A stretch of 63,888 bases of DNA, the filler included, from Chrysochromulina tobinii (lineage: Eukaryota): NCBI GenBank assembly GCA_001275005.1. It is 11 parts of 11 records of this genome, joined end to end, with 100 filler letters (N's around TTAATTAATTAA, not from the genome) between each part and the next. Parts side by side here need not be neighbours in the genome. Positions count along the whole stretch, not along the records: positions 41,479 to 46,271 come from JWZX01000664.1; positions 46,372 to 51,422 come from JWZX01000666.1; positions 51,523 to 57,872 come from JWZX01000667.1; 8 more parts are not named here. The stretch is one strand, 5' to 3'. Under the pieces are notes generated by a model. The model was not told the DNA's origin and did no database searches. It was given only the letters and a program-made list of their open reading frames with translations. How positions within the stretch are numbered: the stretch's first letter is position 1; each line of letters opens with the position of its first letter. Below are positions 45,001-56,260 of this stretch, piece after piece. A program made the position numbers and the translations under genes.

Positions 45001-46271
45001 CAGCGGGCTCATCATCGCCAAAATCGCTGCAGCATGCTCGGCGGGCTCAGGAAGCTCAGCGTGTCAGCAAACTGAACCTGCTCGGCTGGCTCAGCGTGCT
45101 CAGCGTGCTCAGCAGGCTCATTATGCTCAGCATCGTCATTATGTGCAGTGTGCTAAGCAAGCTCAGCATGCTCAGTCAGTGTGCTCAGCATGCTCATCGA
45201 GCCTGCCGAGGATGCTGTACATGTAGCTTGACCAGTGTTCTCAGCAAGTTCAGCAAGCGCAGCAAGTTCAGCAAGCGCAGCAAGCGCAGCAAGCGCAGCG
45301 AGCTCAGCAGGCTGAGCATGCTCATTGTGCTCAGCATCCTCATCGTGCTCAGTGTGCTCAGCAAGCTCATCGTGCTCAGCGTCCTCAGCGTACTCATCAT
45401 GCATCGCCAACATCGCCAACATCGCTGCAGCGTGCTGTCAGCGTGCTCTGCATGCTCAGCGTGCTCTGCAGGCTCAGCAAGCTCAGCAAGCTCAGCATCC
45501 TCAACGTGCTCAATGTGCTCAGCATCCTGATCGTGCTCATTGTGCTCAGCAAGCTCATGGTGCTCAGCGGGCTCAGCATGCTCATCACATGCATCGCCAA
45601 CATTTCTGCAGCGTGCTCTGCAAACTGAGCTTGCTGAGCTTGCTGAGCTTGCTGAGCAAGCTCAACAGACTCGGTGTGCTCATTGTGCTCAGCATCCTCA
45701 TCGTGCTCAGTGTGCTCAGCTAGCTTATTGTTCTCATGGTGTTCAGCATGCTCATCATGCTCAGCGGGATCATCATCGCCAACATCGCCACAGCGTGCTC
45801 GGCGGGCTCAGCAAGCTCAGCGTGCTCAGCAAACTGAGCCTGCTCAGCTTGCTCAGCTTGCTCAGCTCGCTCAGCATGTTCATGGTGCTCGGTGGGCTCA
45901 GCATGCTCATCGCGCTCATCGAGCTCAGCGTCCTCAGCATCCTCAGCAGGCTCAGCATCCTCACAGTGCACATCCTCATCGCGTTCAGTGGGCTCAGCAT
46001 GCTCATCAGCGCTCATGGAGTCATGGTGCTCAGCATTCTCATCGATCTCAGCTCGCTTAGTGTGCTCATCGTGCTCAGCGGGCTCATCATCACCAACATC
46101 GCCGCAGCGTGCTAAGATGCTGAGCCCGCTGAGCGCGATGAGCATGCTGAGCCCGCTGAGCACCATGAGCACACTAAGGACTAAGCGAGCTGAGATTGAT
46201 GAGCACACTGAGCACGCTGAGCATGATGAGCACGCTGAGCACACTGAGCATGATGAGCATGATGAGCCTGC
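42070..46271. repeat. Degenerate 9-nt satellite (GCTGAGCAC/TGCTCAGCA family) with repeated strand-polarity switches
   Basis: Continuous 4.2-kb array running to the contig end. A short related tract lies at about 51078-51152. Confidence 0.95.
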
Positions 46272-46371
46272 NNNNNNNNNNNNNNNNNNNNNNNNNNNNN
46301 NNNNNNNNNNNNNNNTTAATTAATTAANNNNNNNNNNNNNNNNNNNNNNNNNNNNNNNNNNNNNNNNNNNN

Positions 46372-47969
46372 AGCTCGTGCTCGCGGCGACGCCCTTCTCC
46401 GAGCGGCACACGGGCGAGGCGATCGACTCGAAGACGCGCTCTGCATGTGTTGCAGCTGGCCTCTCTCACGACGTCTTCTCGACCGTCTTCTTCCCCATCT
46501 CGGACAATGCGGCCAACATGATCAGCGGGTGGTCGGGCTTCGGCCGCGGCCCGTGCTGCGTGCACACGGCCCAGCTCTCAGTGCACGTCTTCCTCACGCA
46601 CAGTGCGATCAAGCCGACGCGGGAGAAGGAGCACGGCATCGTCGCGCACTTTTCACACGCGACCGGAGTCGACGGTCTCGGCGCACTGCACAAGTGCCAG
46701 CGCGAGTGCACCCTTCCTGAGCACCATCCCGTGAAGGACAACGACACGCGCTGGAGTTCAGGCCACGACCAGATGGAGTTCTTCCGCGTGCAGCAGCGCG
46801 CATTGCAGCTCTATGACGTCAACCACGCGCGCAAGGCGGGTGATGCCTACCGCCAGTACCAGATGGGCCTCGAGGACTGGCGCATCAACCTGGAGAGCGT
46901 CGCCGTGCTGCAGCCGGTCGCCGACTGGACGCAGCACATGCAGGGAACGAAGTATCCAACACTGCCGCTCGTGCTGCCGACGGTCTACGACATGATCCAC
47001 GGGATGAAGCCCGATGCGACCCTCACGCTAGACTTCCCCGGTGTGCAGGAGTATGACTGCAAGCCTTCGGAGATGCACCAGGGCGTGCTCTTGGCGCGCA
47101 CGGCGATGTATGACGACTTCGTCTCGCGCTGGATCACCACCCTGCCCGACGAGACCAAGCGCACGTACGCCATTGCCTCCCTCCTCCACCCATGCTTCAA
47201 GTCATATGACTTCATCGACGAGTACGACTTCATACCTCCGAGTGACAAGGTGTGGGCGCTGCGTGAGCTCCGAACCGAGTGGACGACGGTATGGAAGCCC
47301 AAGCCTGAACCACTGGAGCCTGAACCACTGGTTGCTGATGGCGCGGCTGGCGGCAGCAATGACCCGATGCCTGCGCCGCCCGAGCCTGCACCCCTGCCTG
47401 ATCCGCCTGAGCCGCTCACCAAGAAGCGCAAGGTGAGCTTGTCTTCACTGGTGGGTGGCAAGATCAAGAAGGAGGTGGTCGCCACGCTGCCGACGGCGTT
47501 TGACGAGCTTGAGGCGTACCTGGCGGAAGCCGATGAGAAGGACTTTGATATCAAGTTGCTTACGTGGTGGCACGCCAAGGAGACGAAGTGGCCAAACCTT
47601 GCCAAGATGGTCAAGCAGTACCTTTCCGCCCCCGCCTCCTCCGCTGGCGTTGAGCGCGTCTTTTCTGCAGCGGGCAACATGCATGGTGACCTGCAGAAGT
47701 CAGCCAAGGACACCACGCTTGAACACTCCCTCTTTGCCGCGTTCAACACTGACTGAGCTGCTTGGCATTGGGGTGGGATCTGAAGGAACGTGGAAAGGAA
47801 TGAGCAATGAGGTCTGCACTGCCACGGCGTGTTGTTATCTGGTGTGGGTTATTGTTAACTGGTTGTGTGGTGTGGTTTTGGCAGGTGCCAGATAGTGGTA
47901 ACAGTTTTAAAACTGCCAGTTAGTGCTTATTAAGCAGTTAACTAGGTAACTGGTTCATCCCCACCCTTG
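46372..47969 (+). mobile_element. hAT DNA transposon, 3' part (transposase ORF to 47756; putative right terminus ...CATCCCCACCCTTG at 47969)
   Basis: SDNAANM, CCVHTAQL, DNDTRWSS, ASLLHP and the hAT dimerisation domain WW..KWPNLAKMVKQYLSAPASSAGVERVFSAAG; GTTAAC/GTAAC-rich subterminal region. Confidence 0.9.
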
Positions 47970-48689
47970 CCTTGAGCTTGCCAACATGCTCCAAGCTTGG
48001 AGGTTGGCCAAGCACGGAACGTGACATGATTGCCAGTCGCGCCCAGGCTGGGTTTTTTAATCATGGGGACCCTGAAAAAGGCGAGCGCAGCAGCCTTTCA
48101 GGGTACTGGCTCGGACCCCCTTTAATTCGTGCTCCGTCCGACCTTTTTTTGCGTCCGCGCGATGCGCGCCTCCGCCCCGCTGCGGCCGGTTCCAGGCGCG
48201 TCGGAGGACGGCGCCGCTCCCAACCATCTCACCATTTGCCATCGACCTGCCCGCCCCTTTCGCCGCGCGCCTTGACGCGCGCGCGCTACGGAGGAGCTGC
48301 GCTCGGACTCTTAATCGGGCCAATCACGCCTCAGTTGATTTCCTGCGGCCTCAAATAAAGTCTCTGACGACAATCGTTTGGAATCGTAGCCAAAGCTCCA
48401 AAGGACAGCTCTGAAGTGTTGAGCTAGGATAGCAAATTGAGGCGACCCAAGCTCATCAAACAAATCAGAAGGAGGGGTGGCCACCTCGAGTGCATGATGT
48501 ACGGCAGGTGATTTCACCGCAGGATGCAAATTGAGCGTTTTGCTTCGGGATCGCTGGGAAGCGCAGTTGCAGAGCACTTCGATTGCCCTTGAAGTTGAGT
48601 CGGCTGCTTGTGTCTTTGGTCTCGGGCGAAACAACAGACTCAGCATCAAGTCCAAGGGCACTGGTGTATGGCGAGTGCGATGCTGCCCT

Positions 48690-48845
48690 CGATGCATCTG
48701 CTCGAGGCGGCACCTACGGCCACGATGTGGATGCACCTGGGCAGTGTCATTGGCGAGATTGAGCACTACGAGCATGCGTGGACCCTCTCCAACCAGCATC
48801 TCGCGCGCGCAAAGCTCAAGCTCGGCTCGAAAGCGATGGCCGCCG
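48690..48845 (+). pseudogene. TPR fragment resembling TTC27
   Basis: PTATMWMHLGSVIGEIEHYEHAWTLSNQHLARAKLKLG resembles the TTC27 segment P.L.C.LGD....YDKAWELS...ARA as I recall it; no intact gene around it. Confidence 0.35.
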
Positions 48846-49890
48846 CCACCATCGCCTCCACCACCTTCGCCTCCGCCGCCATCGACAGAGAAATCCAGTA
48901 GATCAAACGGCACAACCACCGACGTGGAAGGCTCGCCCAAAGTGATCTTCAGGTCCCTGAACCATGAGTGATAATAATGAGTTCCAGCTGCATCCACACC
49001 AAGCTCTGAGATCACGTCAGGATTGTAGAGTGGCACGGAGACTGCATATCCTCAGTGGAGGGAAGCGGTTGCCTATGCCGCTCTGCTCGAGGACGGCTCC
49101 AGTTCGAGCCCCTCGGCCGCCGCTGCCGCCCTGGCCTCGTCCGCTGTGAGCGGCGGCTGCGGCCCGTCGCCCCTCGCCTCCGCCGCCTCTGCCGCCGCTT
49201 GCCTCGCCGCCCTTACATGTCTTGCGTAGCACAAGGGGCAGCATCATCATCGATATTGTGCAGGCGCGACCAGAACCAGGTGGCTTGCAAGACTCACAAT
49301 TACGAGCAATGCGAGCACCCCCGAGGTCCGATGGGGGGGACTGGAAGGTAGCTGCGTCGGACGAGGCACGACGGGCATCAGACTTTCTCATCCGCCAACA
49401 TCACGGCATCGCCAGGCTCCCGATGTGCGCGCGCGACAGAGGGACTTCGAGGGACGCAGAAAAAAGGGCGGCGGGGCGCCTACGACGACGCGACGGCCCA
49501 CACAGTATGTCTAGAGTGCTACCGTTTGTCGTTTTCTTACTTTAGACACTTTAGTTCTCCAGACTCAAGCATGTAATCACGCGATTCCGGCCTGGATTCG
49601 CAAGAAAAGCTGAGTCCGATTCCCGGTGTCTTTTTTTCTCAAACTTTAGTAATTCCTTTTTACAGTAGTGTACCCTTCAAGGGTATACGCGTTGCCCCCC
49701 CTAGCACAGCGAAATGCAAGGGCGGCGCTCGCGCCGAGAAATAGACCGAGAAAAGCGTGGGACGTGCGTGCTGTGTGCGTAGGATTGCGGAACAATTTGG
49801 GGGTTGATGCACACACGAGGCACACACGAGGTATGCACCGGAGCGTGTCGCGCTCGGACGGTGATCCATTCACACATCGATCTCAAATGC

Positions 49891-50805
49891 TCAGTTCTTC
49901 GCCTCACGCAATGCCGCGCACAACCAGTCGAGTCCCTCGAATAGACCGTCCCCCTGCGAACACGGGAGCCGCCGGGATCATCGCCCGTAAAGAGTCACCG
50001 TTAATATAGCGGCTGACAGGTCATGTAGAGAGAGACAGCACAGGTCATGTCGTCGCACCTTTACAGCAGAAGTCTTGAAGATGGCCCACTGCCTACTTTT
50101 GAGCGAGGCCAGACCGAGCCTGTCGGCGATCTGCTCACACGACAGCGCGTTCTGTGTCGAAGCGCACGCACACCGCGCGGTAAGTGCTAGATGGGCCCTG
50201 CAGGTATGAGAGCCTGACCAGCGATTGATGCGTTCGCTCTGGCGATGACGCACCGGCAGGTCTTGCTTGTTCGCAAAGACAATAAGTGCTGCGTCCTTGA
50301 GTTCTTCCTCTTCTAACATCGCCATTAGCTCCTGCTTTGAGATGCCCATCCGATCGTGGTCCGCAGAGTCAACGACGTAGATGACAGCGTTGGTGTTCTG
50401 GTAGTAGCATCGCCAGTACGGTCGGATTGACGTCTGGCCACCCAGGTCCCAGACCTGAAAGCGCAGATTTTTGTACTGAACGGTCTCCACGTTGAAGCCG
50501 ATTGTTGGAACTGTGGTTACGACCTGGGACACAGTTGCTTTGCAGCCCTGGTTAGGGTGCAGCAATATCGCCATGATCGTGAAGGGTGTCTCGACTGCGC
50601 ACCTCGCCCATCTGAAGCTTGTACAGGATTGTCGTCTTGCCGGCATTATCTAGGCCAAGGATGAGCACACGAACCTGCGCAGAGTGATGGCTCGGCTCAG
50701 GGCTTGTGATAAGGCCTCGTAGGCGGCGAGCAGTGTGCAACACGAGCCTCTTACTTCGCGGTTCCCGATCAAAGCGGCGAACAGCTTCGAAAACACTGCG
50801 CCCAT
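49891..50805 (-). CDS. ARL1: ADP-ribosylation factor-like GTPase 1, multi-exon
   Basis: [74 protein letters not shown] and last exon [11 protein letters not shown]. Confidence 0.95.
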
Positions 50806-51189
50806 TTCCCCCGGTATGTTTCTCTGGGGTTGTTCAGGGGGGGGGAAGAATTTTTGTATATAACCCCCAAAACCAAAAACAAACGCCCCAAAACGGCTGC
50901 TGCGGCTGCTGCGGCTGCTGCGGCTGAGCGGGCTGCTGCTGCTGCTGCTGCTGCTGCTGCGCCTCGCGCTCCCCAACCTACAAACGTGTACAACACAATG
51001 CCGGTGCACATCGAGGACGCGCCTTGGGACGCGCACAGATTCATGCAACAGCACAGATTCATGCAACAGATTCATGCGTGTGCTCAGCGTGCTGTTCGTG
51101 CTGTTCGTGCTCAGTGTGCTCAGCGCGCTCTGAGTGTGCTCAGTGTGCTCAGTAGAAAGTACAAAACCTCGATTTTTGGGCTGACACCC

Positions 51190-51422
51190 CTATTCCCATC
51201 CTTTTCCGGTGAAGGTATTGTGCCACTCGACAGCGTAGGCGATGAGCCAAGGCCACAGGCGGATCGGCGCGTCAGTTGAGTCCTTTATCGCAACCGCGGT
51301 CTCAGAGATGAGGCCGATGATGCGTTCGGCAATTGGGTTCAAGTCGTGGTCGTGAGGCGGAGAGGTAGTGTGATGGATGAACTCGGCCGTGCGGAACGCC
51401 CGGAACGCGTGCGACATGAGCT
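51190..51422 (-). mobile_element. LTR-retrotransposon (copia-like) integrase core fragment
   Basis: HHTTSPPHDHDLNPIAERIIGLI...LWPWLIAYAVEWHN matches the rve C-terminal pattern (P..NG.AER...W..A....N). Confidence 0.75.
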
Positions 51423-51522
51423 NNNNNNNNNNNNNNNNNNNNNNNNNNNNNNNNNNNNNNNNNNNNTTAATTAATTAANNNNNNNNNNNNNNNNNNNNNN
51501 NNNNNNNNNNNNNNNNNNNNNN

Positions 51523-52386
51523 GCAGCGAGAGCATCGAGGAGGCTAGGCTCATCTTGAACCACTCGCACGAGCGTCTGGTCCGGACCATGGAAAGCGTGC
51601 TCGACGAGCATGCGACGCGTGCAGACCCGACGCTCGTACTGGGCCAGACCCTCTTTGTCGCGGTGTCGCGCGTCGCACAGGCGCAAGAGCATGAGAACGT
51701 CCACCGCCTGCAGAGTAGGAGTTGGCCACCCTTGCACTCTCGAGTCCAGACGGTGTTCGCAGAAGCAGAGGCGAGGGCAACGGCGGCGGTGAAGGCGGAG
51801 GCAAAGGCGAAGGCGAAGGCGAAGGTGGCAGAGGAAGTGACGATGGCGACGGCTGCGGCTGCGGCTGCGGCGGAGACTGCGGCGGAAACTGCCAAGCAGG
51901 CGACCAAGGAGGCAGATGAAGTGGCGAACAGGGAGCGCTTAGAGCGCCACAAAGCGCACAAACAGGTACCGCCGATCTGCCCCCCTCGCTTGCCTCACTC
52001 GAATCCTCACCTCAAGCCCACACAATCGCACCCCCACTCCATGTGCGCAGGCCGAGGCGGCGGCGGCAAAGGAGGCGGAGATGGAGCGCAAGTCTAGGGC
52101 GGAGAACTCGCGTAAGCAGCGTGCTCAGGCGCCCGAACATCCTATCTGTGCTCCCTGCGGGAATAAAGCGAGCGCCGAAGACGAGCTCCTATCGACTAAC
52201 TCGTCCTGCGCAAGCGTCCACCACGCGGGCGCGCCGGCAGTGATCGCCGCGGCCGCACCAGCGCCCACACACGAGTCACCGGTCGCCATCGAGTCCGCTC
52301 TCGACCCGCTCCCGCGTGCTCCCGCGCCGCTGCCACTATGGGAGAGGGGGCTGCGCAAAGCTAGGCCATCGAGTGGTGAGCCATAG
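51523..52386 (+). CDS. Hypothetical Ala/Glu/Lys-rich protein, 3' part (intron 51966-52050)
   Basis: In-frame GT-AG join ...HKAHKQ|AEAAAAKEAEMERK... Confidence 0.45.
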
Positions 52387-53044
52387 CTTGGAGCCTAGCA
52401 GTACAACTAAGCAATGATTCAGATGTGATTCAGACCTGTTCGTGTAATCGGCATGCGATTCATCATCTGTTGTGAGGGGCTCGGCGCAGAGGGGCTCGGC
52501 GCTCGGCGCAGAGGGGTGCGCTCGGCGCACGGCGGCAAGGGGCAGGACGGCGGGTTAGTGGGGTAACATGTCCGAACAATTCACTGACCGTCCTCCGCAT
52601 CGCATCGCATCAAAAGGCTAAGCCGCGGTCCCCCGCGGCGAGCCGGCGCGCCGGAGGCCGGGCCGGAGGCGGAGGCCGGGGAGCGCCGCCGTGCGGCCCC
52701 GGGTCGGGGTCGACGAACGGAACATCCGGTCATCGAACGGAACCGAACCGTAGAGCAATGGGTGTATTAAAAATGCGATCGACCATCGAGGCCTGGCCGG
52801 GCCGACGGGCGAGGTCGGAGCGACGACGCGCACCCTGCACACGGTCGAAAGGTTGAAGCCGCTCAAGGACCCTATACAATTAGACACTTGTATCTCGTCA
52901 TCGTCTCAAACCGCCTTCGCTTCCGCGTTCGTTACGAGACGGCTTCCATCCTTTCCAGGAGGACCTCCCTGCCTGAGGGACGGCACGTCGGTGAGGTCCC
53001 AGGTCTCAAGCCGGACGGCACAAGTGTGCCCGGTGCGCGAAAAT

Positions 53045-53140
53045 CGACGTGGCAAAACAGAAGCGGGACGCACAGCCGACGTGGCAAAACAGAAGCGGGA
53101 CGCACAGCCGACGTGGCAAAACAGAAGCGGGACTCACAGC
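53045..53140. repeat. 32-bp tandem repeat, 3 copies
   Basis: CGACGTGGCAAAACAGAAGCGGGACGCACAGC head-to-tail, with no spacers. Confidence 0.9.
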
Positions 53141-53206
53141 CGTCATCCGCGACAGAGAGTGTCTACAGCCGGATGTCGCCGAAAGCACGGATTGCTGCCC
53201 ACGTGT

Positions 53207-54028
53207 TCAATGGATGGCCTCGTCGTCTTCGTCTTCACTCTCGCTCGGCGGGCCTGCGCCACGACGAAAGTCCCTTTCCCACTCTGTCAGCCCAACGTCC
53301 TCGTCCCCGTCCTCGTCCCCGTCCTCGTCCCCGTCCTCGTCCTCGTCTTCGCCATGACTCGGGGGCATGGCTCCTGCAAGCAAAGAGATCGTCGACCCGG
53401 TCCCCACCGACCTTGCTGCTGCGCCGGTCGTGACGAGCCGACCACCTCTGCTAGCTGGTGCCGCCGGCTGCTGCTGCCTCTGCCTGGCGCTGCCTGGTGC
53501 TGCCTCTGCCAGCTGCTGCTGCTGCCCCTGCCGTTCGGGGACGGGCATTGGCACGGGCTCAACGAGCGCTGATGGCGGCGCCTGTATCAGAGGCGGCTGA
53601 TGTGAGGCCGGACTGGCCGGCGGCGGCATCGGCTGCGCTCCAGCTTCGGCCTGCTCGAGCTGTTTGCCTGCTTGCCATGCGGCCTCCGCCTCCTCGACCG
53701 TTGCTGGCACCGATCCGTAAAACAAGTAGGGAGAGCGCCTTTTGAGCTTACTGCAAGCGGACGCGGCGCACGATTCGAGCGTAATCGCTGGTCGGTCGCG
53801 GCCGGACACCTCGATCATCATCAGCACGTCGAAGAGCACGTCACCCAATTCCTTTGTGAGTTCGTCACCGTCGACCTCCTTCGTGCGTAAGACGTCCTCC
53901 ACTTCCAAACATTCCTTGCGTGTCCAGTACAGCATGTCGGCCGTGTTCTGAGACTTTGTCCAGGGGCACTCTCGTCCGAGGCGGCCCACGAGCGTCGCCA
54001 AGGTATCCAGCGAGTTCGTTGACGACAT
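53207..54028 (-). CDS. mazG: MazG-type nucleoside triphosphate pyrophosphohydrolase with low-complexity acidic tail
   Basis: LGRECPWTKSQ, KECLEVEDVL, ELTKELGDVLF and KLKRRSPYLF. Confidence 0.85.
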   Translation of the reverse strand: MSSTNSLDTLATLVGRLGRECPWTKSQNTADMLYWTRKECLEVEDVLRTKEVDGDELTKELGDVLFDVLMMIEVSGRDRPAITLESCAASACSKLKRRSPYLFYGSVPATVEEAEAAWQAGKQLEQAEAGAQPMPPPASPASHQPPLIQAPPSALVEPVPMPVPERQGQQQQLAEAAPGSARQRQQQPAAPASRGGRLVTTGAAARSVGTGSTISLLAGAMPPSHGEDEDEDGDEDGDEDGDEDVGLTEWERDFRRGAGPPSESEDEDDEAIH

Positions 54029-54215
54029 GTCGGAGAATCCGCAAAGGTTTGTGGAACGTGCACGCTCTTGGACTCGTGTGAACCCTTTTTTATCACGTAC
54101 AGCCAGGTCGTCGCACATCGTGCTGCGGTGCGGGGCTTAGGGAAAGACTTGACTTGAATTGACTTTTATTGAGAAAGATCGTAAGCCAAACTCCAAGTCA
54201 CTCTCCAAGCCGCAA

Positions 54216-56260
54216 ATGCGCACGCGAACACGTGCACGCCAGGCGCGCGACTCGCCGCACGCTCCTCACGACCTGCTAGACATACTGCCACCCGAACTCA
54301 TCGGATTCCTGCTCCGGACGTGTACGGTAAAGGAGCTGAGCTCATTGGCGGCGTGCTCTCGCGCGCTCGCGGAGACGCACGTGCCCTCGGCCGTGCAGGA
54401 GCGGTGCGCCCTTCTGGGCTACGCGCTCCCACCACTGCTCGTGGGTGAGTCCCTCCTGCACGCGCTCCGCTTCATCGAGATGGTGGCGAAGCGGCCGCGC
54501 TGCACGATGGCTGGTGATACTTGCCACACCGTTTGCATCCGTCCAGAGGACGGCGTGACGCACTCCTTTGGAGGGCATGAGCGTCCTGCGGATCCGGACG
54601 ACCCCGACGACGACGACGACATCAACGGTCCGTCCGTGCGCGTCTCGCACCTGGGGCACGGCCACGCCCTCGGCCATCGCGTGGGTATCCCGACGCCCAT
54701 GGCGGGCCTGCACGCGGTGCATATCTGCGAGGTGGCGGCGGGGTATGAGCACTCACTGCTGCTCTCGAGGGACGGCCACGTGTACTCGTGCGGAATCGGC
54801 GAGTTCGGCCGCCTCGGCCACGGCTGGGACGCTACGAGCGCCTCGGAAGACACGGGGCACGTGCGTCGACATGGGCGTTCCGAGTGCCTCGAGCGCAGCC
54901 AACCGTGCCGTATTCAATGGGGGTTCGGGCACACGGCCGGCCAGACGGTGAGCACGCGGCAGGCGCACGCAAAGCACTGGCGCCACCTGCCTGGCCACCT
55001 GTACGCGTGCTGGCGCCAGTCGAGAGTGACGTCGAAGGCACACGCCCCTGCCATCCTGGAGGCGGTGGTCCAGGTGGCGGCGGGTGGGTTCCAGTCGGGC
55101 TGCCTGACGAGCGACGGGCGCGTGTGGACGTGGGGGTGGGGTGACAGCGGCTCGCTCGGCCACGGCATCAAGGAGCATCTCGCCTCGCCCACCGTCATAG
55201 CTTCCCTGGTGGACCACGGACAGCGTATCATCCAAATGTCTGCGGGCTCAGCCCATAGTCTCTATGTATCCGAGGAAGGCGCGCTCTTCGCTACGGGCGA
55301 CCGCTCGGCGGGGAAGCTAGGGCTCGGATCGATGGACGCCGACGCGCCTCCCGAGCAGCTCACGCCGGCGCGTGTGCGCTTCGGCAGGTGCGACTGATTG
55401 CGTCTGATTGCGTCTGATTGCTGCTGATGAGCACTGATGTTGAGCACGCTTCAGCAGCGCGCGCACGCGCATCCGTTGCATGCAAGTGCTCACCACAGCG
55501 CGTTCGGGGGTGCGCTTCGGCAGCGCGCGCACGCGCATCCGTCAAGCGTCCGCGTGGCACCAGCACTCCCTTGCGGTCTCGACGTCGGGCGTTCTCTACT
55601 CCTTTGGCAACGGCGACAAGGGCCGTCTCGGCCACGGCGACCAGCTGTCTCAGCACCGTCCCAAGAAGGTGCGCGCCCTAGCGGGCAAGACCGTCGCGTA
55701 CGCCGCTGCCGGCGAGCTCCACTCTGTCGTACTTACCTGTGACGGCGAGGCGCTTGCATTTGGGGACCCCATCTATGGGCAGCTGGGTAACGGCTGGACT
55801 GCTGCGACCGGCATCGACGCCTACGAGCGTCCGACTCCTGTGTTGCTGCCGCGGTCGGTGGGCAGGGGTAGCCTAGGGACTCTCCGGTTGCGCCCGATAC
55901 GACGCCCGAACGTCGCCGAGGTCGCCTGTGGGGATCACCACACGCTGGTGCGGCTCACCTCTGATGACCTCTGATGACCTCTGATGACCTCTGATGACCT
56001 CTGATGACCTCTGATGACCTCTGATGAGCCCTGATTGCCTGGCTCATCAGGTGCGGCTCACCTCTGGTGAGGTCTTCACGTTCGGGCTGAATGCATACTG
56101 CCAGCTCGGTCTCACGAGTGCTGGCGAGACCTTCAAGGATGCCTTCTTTGTACTCAAGCCGTCGCAGATCGCGTGGACAGCGCTCCCGCCGGGCGACGCC
56201 CATGGCAACGCCTCGCCCGCACCGACGATTCATGAGCTTGAGACAGAGCAAGAGGAGTGA
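54216..56260 (+). CDS. F-box-like + RCC1-repeat protein; 3 exons (introns 55388-55523 and 55948-56050)
   Basis: LLDILPPEL..LAACSR, followed by RCC1 repeats VAAGYEHSLLL..VYSCG..GRLGHG, VWTWGWG..GSLGHG, LYSFGNGDKGRLGHG and VFTFGLN. Both intron removals restore the frame. Confidence 0.85.
55388..55523 (+). mobile_element. Repeat-built intron (introner-like), compound
   Basis: GTGCGA(CTGATTGCGT)n..., ending in a 14-nt copy of the upstream exon end, GTGCGCTTCGGCAG. An internal second copy of the exon junction lies at 55448-55476. Confidence 0.65.
55948..56050 (+). mobile_element. Repeat-built intron (introner-like)
   Basis: A 16-nt copy of the downstream exon start, GTGCGGCTCACCTCTG, then (CTGATGACCT)6 and ...CTGATTGCCTGGCTCATCAG. 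Confidence 0.75.

Noticed and set aside
41967..46323. Many long ORFs (LSMLS, AQQAQ, CSACS, AEHAE) in the satellite
   Set aside because: They are by-products of a 9-nt stop-poor unit. They occur in all frames on both strands and swap at inversions.
53045..53140. 32-bp repeats of CRISPR-like length
   Set aside because: They are head-to-tail with no spacers: an ordinary minisatellite.
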